From Escherichia coli (GTDB lineage: Bacteria; Pseudomonadota; Gammaproteobacteria; Enterobacterales; Enterobacteriaceae), in NCBI RefSeq assembly GCF_003334765.1, contig NZ_QOWT01000005.1: a DNA stretch of 64,000 nucleotides; one strand, 5' to 3'. The number at the start of each line of letters is the position of its first letter. Positions within the stretch are counted from its first letter, which is position 1. Both the position numbers and the translations under genes were made by a program. Under the pieces are notes generated by a model. That model worked only from the letters and a program-made list of their open reading frames with translations, was not told the origin of the DNA and ran no database searches. This document shows, in pieces, positions 40,902 to 49,516 of the stretch.

Positions 40902-42124
40902 TGGCACTGTTTTACTATCAGGCGCTGGAGCGTAATGGTCGCAAAACCAAAGGCATGATTGAGGCGGATTCCGCGCGTCATGCCCGCCAGTTGTTGCGTG
41001 GTAAAGAGCTTATCCCCGTGCACATTGAAGCCCGGCTGAATGCTTCGACTGGGGGAATGTTGCAGCGTCGGCGGCATGCACATCGTCGCGTGGTGGCGGC
41101 AGATTTGGCGCTGTTCACACGCCAACTGGCAACGCTGGTGCAGGCAGCAATGCCGCTGGAAACCTGCTTACAGGCGGTCAGTGAGCAAAGTGAAAAACTG
41201 CATGTAAAAAGCCTCGGAATGGCGCTGCGCAGCCGGATTCAGGAAGGTTATACCCTGTCGGACAGCCTGCGCGAACATCCCCGCGTCTTTGACTCCCTGT
41301 TTTGTTCGATGGTCGCTGCCGGAGAAAAATCCGGACATCTCGACGTGGTGCTCAATCGCCTGGCGGATTACACCGAACAGCGGCAGCGTCTGAAATCACG
41401 CCTGCTGCAGGCCATGCTCTACCCGCTGGTACTGCTGGTGGTGGCAACGGGCGTGGTCACTATTTTGCTGACGGCAGTAGTGCCGAAAATTATCGAACAG
41501 TTTGATCATCTCGGACACGCGCTGCCTGCCTCCACCCGAATGCTCATCGCCATGAGCGACATGTTACAGACCAGCGGCGTGTACTGGCTGGCGGGTTTGC
41601 TGGGGCTTCTGGTGCTGGGGCAACGGCTACTCAAAAATCCTGCGATGCGCCTGCGCTGGGATAAAACCTTGCTGCGTTTGCCCGTGACGGGGCGTGTTGC
41701 GCGCGGACTGAATACGGCGCGTTTTTCCCGCACATTAAGCATCCTCACCGCCAGCAGTGTTCCGCTGCTGGAAGGTATTCAGACCGCCGCCGCCGTGTCG
41801 GCAAATCGTTATGTCGAGCAACAACTGCTGCTGGCGGCAGATCGCGTCCGCGAAGGAAGCAGCCTGCGCGCCGCGCTGGCGGATCTGCGCCTGTTCCCGC
41901 CGATGATGCTGTACATGATCGCCTCCGGCGAACAGAGCGGCGAACTGGAAACCATGCTTGAGCAGGCCGCAGTCAACCAGGAACGGGAATTTGATACCCA
42001 GGTGGGGCTGGCGTTAGGGCTGTTTGAACCGGCGCTGGTGGTGATGATGGCGGGCGTGGTGCTGTTTATCGTCATCGCCATCCTCGAGCCGATGCTGCAA
42101 CTGAACAATATGGTTGGAATGTAA
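40901..42124 (+). CDS. gspF: T2SS inner-membrane platform protein (407 aa)
   Basis: GspF-type duplicated domains. The start overlaps the gspE stop. Confidence 0.93.
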   Translation: MALFYYQALERNGRKTKGMIEADSARHARQLLRGKELIPVHIEARLNASTGGMLQRRRHAHRRVVAADLALFTRQLATLVQAAMPLETCLQAVSEQSEKLHVKSLGMALRSRIQEGYTLSDSLREHPRVFDSLFCSMVAAGEKSGHLDVVLNRLADYTEQRQRLKSRLLQAMLYPLVLLVVATGVVTILLTAVVPKIIEQFDHLGHALPASTRMLIAMSDMLQTSGVYWLAGLLGLLVLGQRLLKNPAMRLRWDKTLLRLPVTGRVARGLNTARFSRTLSILTASSVPLLEGIQTAAAVSANRYVEQQLLLAADRVREGSSLRAALADLRLFPPMMLYMIASGEQSGELETMLEQAAVNQEREFDTQVGLALGLFEPALVVMMAGVVLFIVIAILEPMLQLNNMVGM

Positions 42125-42140
42125 TTTACGGAGTTATCAC

Positions 42141-42596
42141 ATGAATTCGTTATCCCGCACACAAAAACCACGGGCAGGTTTTACCCTGCTGGAAGTGATG
42201 GTGGTGATTGTTATTCTTGGCGTCCTGGCAAGTCTGGTGGTGCCTAACCTGTTGGGCAACAAAGAGAAAGCCGATCGGCAAAAAGCCATCAGCGATATCG
42301 TGGCGCTGGAGAATGCGCTGGATATGTACCGACTGGATAACGGGCGTTATCCGACTACCGAACAGGGGCTGGAGGCGCTGATCCAGCAACCGGCCAATAT
42401 GGCGGATTCCCGTAACTACCGTACCGGTGGATACATTAAACGACTGCCAAAGGATCCGTGGGGCAATGATTATCAGTATCTCAGCCCGGGTGAAAAAGGG
42501 CTGTTTGATGTTTATACCCTGGGAGCAGATGGTCAGGAAAACGGGGAGGGCGCTGGCGCAGATATCGGTAACTGGAATTTGCAGGAGTTTCAGTAA
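42141..42596 (+). CDS. gspG: T2SS major pseudopilin (151 aa)
   Basis: Prepilin leader plus GFTLLEVMVVIVILGVLA. The ORF-track start at 42114 is rejected. Confidence 0.93.
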   Translation: MNSLSRTQKPRAGFTLLEVMVVIVILGVLASLVVPNLLGNKEKADRQKAISDIVALENALDMYRLDNGRYPTTEQGLEALIQQPANMADSRNYRTGGYIKRLPKDPWGNDYQYLSPGEKGLFDVYTLGADGQENGEGAGADIGNWNLQEFQ

Positions 42597-42599
42597 TCA

Positions 42600-43163
42600 G
42601 TGCCTGAACGCGGATTCACACTTCTGGAAATCATGCTGGTGATTTTCCTTATCGGCCTTGCCAGTGCGGGCGTGGTGCAGACTTTTGCGACAGATTCTGA
42701 ACCGCCTGCGAAAAAAGCAGCGCAGGATTTTCTGACTCGCTTTGCGCAGTTTAAGGACAGGGCAGTGATCGAAGGGCAAACACTCGGTGTGCTAATCGAC
42801 CCGCCTGGCTATCAGTTTATGCAGCGTCGTCACGGGCAATGGTTGTCCGTTTCTGCGACCCGGTTATCGGCACAGGTTACGGTGCCGAAACAGGTGCAGA
42901 TGCTGTTACAACCCGGAAGTGATATGTGGCAGAAGGAATATGCGCTGGAGCTGCAGCGTCGTCGCCTGACGCTGCATGATATTGAACTGGAGCTGCAAAA
43001 AGAGGCGAAAAAGAAGACGCCGCAGATCCGTTTTTCGCCTTTTGAACCCGCCACGCCGTTTACGCTGCGTTTCTACTCAGCGGCGCAAAACGCATGTTGG
43101 GCGGTAAAACTGGCACACGATGGCACGTTATCCCTCAGTCAATGTGATGAGAGGATGCCATGA
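42600..43163 (+). CDS. gspH: T2SS minor pseudopilin GspH (187 aa, GTG start)
   Basis: GFTLLEIMLVIFLIGL prepilin N-terminus. Confidence 0.88.
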   Translation: MPERGFTLLEIMLVIFLIGLASAGVVQTFATDSEPPAKKAAQDFLTRFAQFKDRAVIEGQTLGVLIDPPGYQFMQRRHGQWLSVSATRLSAQVTVPKQVQMLLQPGSDMWQKEYALELQRRRLTLHDIELELQKEAKKKTPQIRFSPFEPATPFTLRFYSAAQNACWAVKLAHDGTLSLSQCDERMP

Positions 43164-43531
43164 AGCGCGGATTTACTTTGCTGGAAGTGATGCTTGCGCT
43201 GGCGATTTTTGCGCTGGCTGCCATGGCGGTGTTACAGATTGCCAGCGGTGCGCTGAGTAATCAGCACGTTCTTGAGGAGAAAACGGTAGCGGGCTGGGTA
43301 GCTGAAAACCAGACCGCGCTGCTCTATCTGATGACCCGCGAGCAGCGGGCGGTCAGCCACCAGGGCGAGAGCGATATGGCAGGAAGCCGCTGGTACTGGC
43401 GAACCACACCGCTGAGTACAGGCAACGCGCTGCTCCAGGCAGTGGATATTGAAGTCAGCCGTCACGAAGACTTTTCGTCGGTGATTCAGTCACGACGCGC
43501 CTGGTTTAGCGCCGTGGGAGGCCAACAGTGA
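43160..43531 (+). CDS. gspI: T2SS minor pseudopilin GspI (123 aa)
   Basis: GFTLLEVMLALAIFALAA. ATGA-type overlap with gspH. Confidence 0.88.
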   Translation: MKRGFTLLEVMLALAIFALAAMAVLQIASGALSNQHVLEEKTVAGWVAENQTALLYLMTREQRAVSHQGESDMAGSRWYWRTTPLSTGNALLQAVDIEVSRHEDFSSVIQSRRAWFSAVGGQQ

Positions 43532-44133
43532 GAAGGACTTGCGCTGGTTTCACGTTACTGGAAATGCTGGTGGCGATAGCCATTTTTGCCTCACTGGCAC
43601 TGATGGCGCAGCAGGTGACAAACGGCGTTACACGCGTGAATAGCGCCGTCGCCGGACACGATCAAAAACTAAACCTCATGCAGCAAACGATGAGTTTTTT
43701 GAACCACGATCTGACACAAATGATGCCGCGTCCGGTAAGAGGCGATCAGGGCCAGCGTGAACCAGCGTTACTGGCGGGCGCTGGCGTGCTGACGTCTGAG
43801 AGTGAAGGGATGCGTTTTGTACGTGGCGGCGTGGTTAATCCGTTGATGCGTCTGCCGCGCAGTAATCTGCTCACCGTCGGTTACCGCATTCATGGTGGTT
43901 ATCTCGAACGGTTAGCCTGGCCACTGACCGATGCGGCAGGCAGCGTGAAGCCAACAACGCAAAAATTAATCCCGGCAGATTCGCTCCGTTTGCAGTTCCA
44001 CGACGGCACGCGCTGGCAGGAGAGCTGGTCATCAGTGCAGGCGATTCCTGTGGCAGTACGCATAACCCTGCATTCGCCGCAATGGGGCGAAATTGAACGC
44101 ATCTGGTTGTTACGCGGGCCGCAATTATCATGA
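43528..44133 (+). CDS. gspJ: T2SS minor pseudopilin GspJ (201 aa, GTG start)
   Basis: GFTLLEMLVAIAIFASLA. Overlaps the gspI stop. Confidence 0.88.
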   Translation: MRRTCAGFTLLEMLVAIAIFASLALMAQQVTNGVTRVNSAVAGHDQKLNLMQQTMSFLNHDLTQMMPRPVRGDQGQREPALLAGAGVLTSESEGMRFVRGGVVNPLMRLPRSNLLTVGYRIHGGYLERLAWPLTDAAGSVKPTTQKLIPADSLRLQFHDGTRWQESWSSVQAIPVAVRITLHSPQWGEIERIWLLRGPQLS

Positions 44134-45110
44134 TGATCACCTTGCCACCAAAACGCGGAATGGCACTGGTCGTGGTGCTGGTATTGCTGGCGGTTATGAT
44201 GCTGGTGACCATCACGCTTTCCAGTCGGATGCAGCAGCAACTTGGGCGAACGCGCAGCCAGCAGGAGTACCAGCAGGCGCTGTGGTACAGCGCCAGTGCA
44301 GAAAGCCTGGCGCTGAGCGCGCTCAGTCTGAGCCTGAAAAATGAAAAGCGTGTGCATCTGGCACAACCGTGGGCTTCTGGCCCGCGTTTTTTCCCACTGC
44401 CGCAGGGGCAAATTGCCGTCACTCTGCGTGACGCACAGGCCTGCTTTAACCTGAATGCCCTCGCTCAGCCGACGACGGCGTCGCGTCCGCTCGCGGTACA
44501 ACAACTGATTGCCCTGATCTCGCGCCTTGATGTACCTGCTTATCGGGCCGAACTGATAGCCGAAAGCCTGTGGGAGTTTATTGACGAAGACCGCAGCGTG
44601 CAGACGCGTCTGGGGCGTGAAGACAGCGAGTATCTCGCCCGCTCGGTGCCGTTCTACGCCGCTAATCAACCGCTGGCGGATATCAGCGAGATGCGCGTGG
44701 TGCAGGGAATGGACGCCGGGCTTTATCAAAAACTGAAACCGTTGGTCTGTGCGCTGCCGATGGCCCGCCAGCAAATCAACATCAATACATTAGATGTCAC
44801 GCAAAGTGTGATTCTTGAGGCGCTGTTTGACCCGTGGTTAAGCCCTGTTCAGGCGCGGGCGTTATTACAACAACGTCCGGCGAAGGGCTGGGAAGATGTC
44901 GATCAGTTTCTTGCTCAGCCGCTACTTGCAGACGTCGATGAGCGTACTAAAAAACAGCTAAAAACCATCCTGAGCGTGGACAGCAATTACTTCTGGCTGC
45001 GTTCAGATATCACCGTGAATGAGATTGAACTGACGATGAATTCGTTAATTGTCCGCATGGGCCCACAACACTTTTCTGTTCTCTGGCATCAGACAGGAGA
45101 AAGTGAGTGA
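44130..45110 (+). CDS. gspK: T2SS minor pseudopilin GspK (326 aa)
   Basis: N-terminal TM RGMALVVVLVLLAVMMLV. Size and position match GspK. Confidence 0.88.
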   Translation: MMITLPPKRGMALVVVLVLLAVMMLVTITLSSRMQQQLGRTRSQQEYQQALWYSASAESLALSALSLSLKNEKRVHLAQPWASGPRFFPLPQGQIAVTLRDAQACFNLNALAQPTTASRPLAVQQLIALISRLDVPAYRAELIAESLWEFIDEDRSVQTRLGREDSEYLARSVPFYAANQPLADISEMRVVQGMDAGLYQKLKPLVCALPMARQQININTLDVTQSVILEALFDPWLSPVQARALLQQRPAKGWEDVDQFLAQPLLADVDERTKKQLKTILSVDSNYFWLRSDITVNEIELTMNSLIVRMGPQHFSVLWHQTGESE

Positions 45111-46285
45111 GTTCCATGCTTGAGATTTTTTTCCCGCTTTGCGCCGCTGATCCCATCCGTTGGCAGCGCCATACACCCGACGTGGAGCACGGTATCTGGC
45201 CTGACGTTGCTGACGAACGTCTCCAGCAATGGCTGCAAACTGATGCGATTCGACTCTACATTCCCGGCGAATGGATCAGCGTCTGGCAGGTTGAACTGCC
45301 TGATGTGCCCCGCAAGCAGATACCGACGATTCTGCCCGCCTTGCTGGAAGAAGAGCTGAACCAGGATATCGATGAACTGCATTTCGCCCCGTTGAAAATC
45401 GACCAGCAACTGGCAACCGTAGCTGTGATTCACCAGCAGCATATGCGCAACATTGCGCAGTGGTTGCAGGCAAACGGCATCACCCGCGCTACCGTCGCGC
45501 CGGACTGGATGTCTATTCCTTGTGGGTTTATGGCTGGCGATGCGCAACGGGTTATCTGCCGCATCGATGAATGCCGGGGATGGAGCGCCGGGCGGGCGCT
45601 GGCTCCGGTCATGTTCCGCGCACAGCTCAATGAGCAGAATTTACCGATTTCACTAACCGTGGTCGGCATTGCACCGGAAGAACTGTCTGCATGGGCTGGT
45701 GCGGACGCCGAACGCCTGACCGTTACGGCTCTGCCCGCCATTACCACTTATGGCGAATCGGAAGGGAACCTGCTAACAGGGCCGTGGCAGCCTCGTGTCA
45801 GCTACCGAAAACAGTGGGCGCGCTGGCGGGTGATGATTCTGCCGATATTGCTTATTCTGGTTGCGCTGGTAGTGGAACGGGGCGTGACGTTATGGAGCGT
45901 CAGCGAACAGGTGGCGCAAAGCCGCACCCAGGCGGAGAAACAGTTCTTAACGCTATTCCCGGAGCAGAAGCGGATTGTGAATTTACGCTCGCAGGTGACG
46001 ATGGCGCTGAAAAAATATCGCCCACAGGCTGATGATACCGATCTGCTTGCCGAGTTGTCTGCGATCGCCAGTACCCTGAAATCCGCATCACTTTCCGACA
46101 TTGAGATGCGTGGTTTCACCTTTGATCAAAAACGCCAGACGCTTCACCTCCAACTGCGGGCTGCGAACTTTGCCAGCTTCGACAAACTGCGTAGCGCACT
46201 GGCGGCAGATTATGTTGTGCAACAGGACGCGTTACAGAAAGAGGGTGATGCGGTTTCCGGCGGCGTAACGTTGCGGAGGAAATAA
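45107..46285 (+). CDS. gspL: T2SS inner-membrane protein GspL (392 aa; GTG 45107 or ATG 45116)
   Basis: Cytoplasmic domain, a single TM (WRVMILPILLILVALVV) and a periplasmic domain. Position matches GspL. Confidence 0.88.
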   Translation: MSSMLEIFFPLCAADPIRWQRHTPDVEHGIWPDVADERLQQWLQTDAIRLYIPGEWISVWQVELPDVPRKQIPTILPALLEEELNQDIDELHFAPLKIDQQLATVAVIHQQHMRNIAQWLQANGITRATVAPDWMSIPCGFMAGDAQRVICRIDECRGWSAGRALAPVMFRAQLNEQNLPISLTVVGIAPEELSAWAGADAERLTVTALPAITTYGESEGNLLTGPWQPRVSYRKQWARWRVMILPILLILVALVVERGVTLWSVSEQVAQSRTQAEKQFLTLFPEQKRIVNLRSQVTMALKKYRPQADDTDLLAELSAIASTLKSASLSDIEMRGFTFDQKRQTLHLQLRAANFASFDKLRSALAADYVVQQDALQKEGDAVSGGVTLRRK

Positions 46286-46286
46286 C

Positions 46287-46823
46287 ATGTTACGCGATAA
46301 ATTTATTCACTATTTTCAGCAATGGAGTGAACGCCAGTTAAGCCGTGGCGAACACTGGCTGACACAACACCTGGCGGGGCGTTCTCCGCGTGAAAAAGGC
46401 ATGTTACTGGCAGCGGCGGTGTTCCTGTTTAGCGCCGGATATTACGTCCTCATCTGGCAGCCGTTGAGCGAACGGATTGAGCAACAGGAGACGATGTTGC
46501 AGCAGCTGGTGGCGATGAACGCGCGACTGAAGAGTGCCGCGCCGGATATTATTGCGGCGCGAAAATCCGGCACGACAACGCCAGCACAGGTATCGCGGGT
46601 CATCAGCGACAGTGCTTCGGCGCATTCAGTGGTCATTAAGCGAATAGCCGAGCGCGGGGAGAATATTCAGGTCTGGATAGATCCGGTGGTGTTTAATGAC
46701 CTGCTGAACTGGTTAAAAGCACTGGATGAAAAATATGCGCTGCGAGTGACACAAATTGATGTCAGTGCTGCTGAGAAGCCTGGGATGGTGAATGTGCAGC
46801 GACTGGAATTTGGGCGGGGGTAG
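46287..46823 (+). CDS. gspM: T2SS inner-membrane protein GspM (178 aa)
   Basis: Single TM (MLLAAAVFLFSAGYYVLIW). Last gene of the gsp block. Confidence 0.88.
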   Translation: MLRDKFIHYFQQWSERQLSRGEHWLTQHLAGRSPREKGMLLAAAVFLFSAGYYVLIWQPLSERIEQQETMLQQLVAMNARLKSAAPDIIAARKSGTTTPAQVSRVISDSASAHSVVIKRIAERGENIQVWIDPVVFNDLLNWLKALDEKYALRVTQIDVSAAEKPGMVNVQRLEFGRG

Positions 46824-47039
46824 GTATTGCCATTTCCTTAACCCCACCTGATAACCCTTAGCCCAATGGTGAGTGCGGAACTGTCAAACCCGCTCACCGG
46901 GCTGAGTTTCGATGTAGCAAGAATTATCTCCCTCCAGACCACCACGGAATATTCGGTAACACTGAAGGAACCTGTTTTTCACCATGTAGCCTTCGTTAAT
47001 CGACACCTTTCTAAGACTGTAAAGATGCTTAAGTGTTTT

Positions 47040-47879
47040 GACACATTATGATTATTAATAGTTGTAATAAATCATTGAGTAACAATTGATAGGTCAAAAC
47101 ATATAGGATAATTCTTATGTGATCTGTATTTTGTGTAGCCTGGAAATTAGTAAAATTACTGGAGATAATCAGAAAGGGAATTTCAAATAAGCATAATAAT
47201 TTCCAGGGAAACTATTCGTCGATTTTAAGAAATGTCTGCTCAGGTATATCTACTGAGGGATAATGCTGGCTGTAACGCTGGTTAAAATAAATGCACAAAA
47301 TAATCAAGATGTATATTTTAATTGACGAAAATAATTACTCACGGAATTATTAATGGGGCTTAAATAACACCGTTTAAATGTGATGTAAATCACAAATGTG
47401 ACTGTAAAGAGGGTGCTGTAGATATAAATAAGAAGTACATGAGTGAATTTTAAATAGGGAAATAGTTTCTCGCTAAACAATTTATTGGTAATCAATCGCA
47501 TGCGTTCTGGTTTGAAACAGATTGCAGGTATTGTTACGCATAAAATCCATAGGGGGTATTATAATCAAGTAGTTAACAGTAAGAACAAAAAATAATTTCC
47601 TGAGAAATTAACTCTACATTCTAAAACGGCCAGTTTTCTGAAATTACCAGAAGACCGAATACATTCATGCCTGAAGAATGGATTAGAAGAAACGAGACGG
47701 AAATAGATCTATTTATCCCTGCGGAAATAATTTCTGCTGAAATTTTTTGCGGCTATTAAAAAGGTCAAACCGTCTGAGTAAATTTTATCCAGTTACAAAT
47801 AAGCATTACCTCCAGTGTATTGGTAGCTGTTAAGCCAAGGGCGGTAGCGTACCTGAAGAGATTAGGATCACATCATCAA
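47040..47879 (+). promoter_or_regulatory. kps region 3 promoter and long untranslated leader
   Basis: About 840 bp of strongly AT-rich non-coding DNA upstream of kpsM. In characterised group 2 loci the region 3 promoter lies roughly 740 bp upstream of kpsM. The exact transcription start was not mapped here. Confidence 0.55.
47840..47847 (+). promoter_or_regulatory. ops element (GGCGGTAG) within JUMPstart, RfaH loading site
   Basis: Exact GGCGGTAGCGT 32 nt upstream of the kpsM ATG, the position described for group 2 capsule loci. Confidence 0.85.
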
Positions 47880-48656
47880 ATGGCAAGAAGTGGATTTGAA
47901 GTCCAGAAAGTCACCGTAGAGGCATTATTTCTACGAGAAATACGAACACGCTTTGGTAAGTTCCGTCTGGGATATCTGTGGGCGATTCTCGAACCCTCTG
48001 CGCATTTGCTGATACTGTTGGGCATTTTTGGTTACATTATGCACCGCACGATGCCAGACATCTCATTCCCGGTGTTTTTACTTAATGGCCTGATTCCCTT
48101 TTTTATCTTTAGCAGTATCAGCAATCGTTCTGTAGGTGCTATTGAAGCGAATCAGGGGCTGTTTAATTATCGACCAGTAAAACCCATCGATACGATCATT
48201 GCGCGTGCATTGCTTGAGACACTGATTTACGTTGCTGTTTATATATTGCTTATGCTTATCGTCTGGATGGCAGGCGAATATTTCGAAATAACAAACTTTT
48301 TACAACTTGTGCTCACCTGGAGTCTGCTGATCATTCTTTCATGTGGCGTCGGCTTAATATTCATGGTCGTTGGCAAAACCTTCCCTGAAATGCAAAAGGT
48401 CCTGCCGATACTGCTTAAGCCGCTGTATTTCATCTCCTGCATCATGTTCCCTTTACACTCGATTCCAAAGCAATACTGGTCATATCTACTCTGGAACCCA
48501 TTAGTGCATGTCGTAGAGTTAAGCCGCGAGGCAGTTATGCCTGGCTATATCAGCGAAGGCGTGAGTCTGAACTACCTTGCAATGTTCACTCTGGTCACCC
48601 TGTTCATCGGTCTGGCGTTATACCGAACGCGTGAAGAGGCAATGCTGACATCATGA
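47880..48656 (+). CDS. kpsM: capsule ABC transporter permease (258 aa)
   Basis: MARSGFEVQKVTVEALFLREIRTRFGKFRLGYLWAILEP is recognised as KpsM. The ORF-track extension to 47820 would cover the ops site and is rejected. Confidence 0.95.
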   Translation: MARSGFEVQKVTVEALFLREIRTRFGKFRLGYLWAILEPSAHLLILLGIFGYIMHRTMPDISFPVFLLNGLIPFFIFSSISNRSVGAIEANQGLFNYRPVKPIDTIIARALLETLIYVAVYILLMLIVWMAGEYFEITNFLQLVLTWSLLIILSCGVGLIFMVVGKTFPEMQKVLPILLKPLYFISCIMFPLHSIPKQYWSYLLWNPLVHVVELSREAVMPGYISEGVSLNYLAMFTLVTLFIGLALYRTREEAMLTS

Positions 48657-49330
48657 TTAAAATTGAAAATTTGACGAAGTCATATCGCACGCCAGCGGGT
48701 CGACATTATGTCTTTAAGAATTTAAATATTGAAATCCCTTCAGGAAAAAGTGTTGCCTTTATTGGTCGCAACGGAGCGGGTAAATCAACGTTACTGAGAA
48801 TGATTGGCGGCATTGACCGCCCCGACAGTGGAAAGATCATCACTAATAAAACAATATCATGGCCAGTCGGCCTCGCAGGTGGATTTCAGGGAAGTTTAAC
48901 CGGACGCGAAAACGTAAAATTTGTTGCCCGGTTATACGCGAAGCAAGAAGAACTAAAAGAGAAAATTGAGTTTGTCGAAGAATTTGCCGAACTCGGTAAG
49001 TACTTCGATATGCCGATTAAAACTTACTCATCTGGTATGCGATCGCGTTTAGGCTTTGGTTTAAGCATGGCATTTAAGTTTGATTATTATATCGTCGATG
49101 AAGTAACCGCAGTCGGTGATGCCAGGTTTAAAGAAAAATGCGCTCAATTGTTTAAAGAAAGGCATAAAGAGTCTAGTTTTTTAATGGTTTCACATAGTTT
49201 GAATTCATTGAAAGAGTTTTGTGATGTGGCCATTGTGTTTAAGGATGATAATGCGGTTGGTTTTTATGAGGATGTTCATGAGGGGATAAAATCATACCAA
49301 ATAAATGAAAATACAACTATTAAGATTTAG
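48653..49330 (+). CDS. kpsT: capsule ABC transporter ATPase (225 aa)
   Basis: Walker A GRNGAGKST, signature YSSGMRSRL, Walker B YYIVDE. ATGA overlap with kpsM. Confidence 0.95.
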   Translation: MIKIENLTKSYRTPAGRHYVFKNLNIEIPSGKSVAFIGRNGAGKSTLLRMIGGIDRPDSGKIITNKTISWPVGLAGGFQGSLTGRENVKFVARLYAKQEELKEKIEFVEEFAELGKYFDMPIKTYSSGMRSRLGFGLSMAFKFDYYIVDEVTAVGDARFKEKCAQLFKERHKESSFLMVSHSLNSLKEFCDVAIVFKDDNAVGFYEDVHEGIKSYQINENTTIKI

Positions 49331-49516
49331 GCCATTACGTGAAGATATAATTTACACTCCCCAAGTTAATACATATAAGTAATTATATTAATAAATATTT
49401 ATAAAAGGCATCTAAAGAATAGATGCTTAGAGCCACTTAAACTGCTGTATTGTCTAAATGTAAGAAATAACGAAATGGGTTTTTGGTGATTACTGTACTC
49501 AAAAGGAGTCAAGAAT

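Noticed and set aside
39521-40907. Two 253-aa ORFs antisense to gspE
   Set aside because: These are Ser/Arg-rich shadow frames within a highly conserved ATPase gene.
43871-44774. 183-aa and 291-aa ORFs antisense to gspJ/gspK
   Set aside because: They overlap translationally coupled pseudopilin genes. No independent support.
47304-47501. 65-aa ORF in the kpsM leader (similarly 29926-30213 upstream of sslE, 5637-5921 upstream of pitB, and 35915-36139 antisense to yghG)
   Set aside because: These are AT-rich non-coding regions, or shadow frames, that give Ile/Lys/Phe/Asn-rich chance ORFs with no ribosome-binding sites.
47820-47879. TTG-initiated extension of kpsM
   Set aside because: It would translate through the ops/JUMPstart element. 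The ATG at 47880 gives the canonical 258-aa KpsM.
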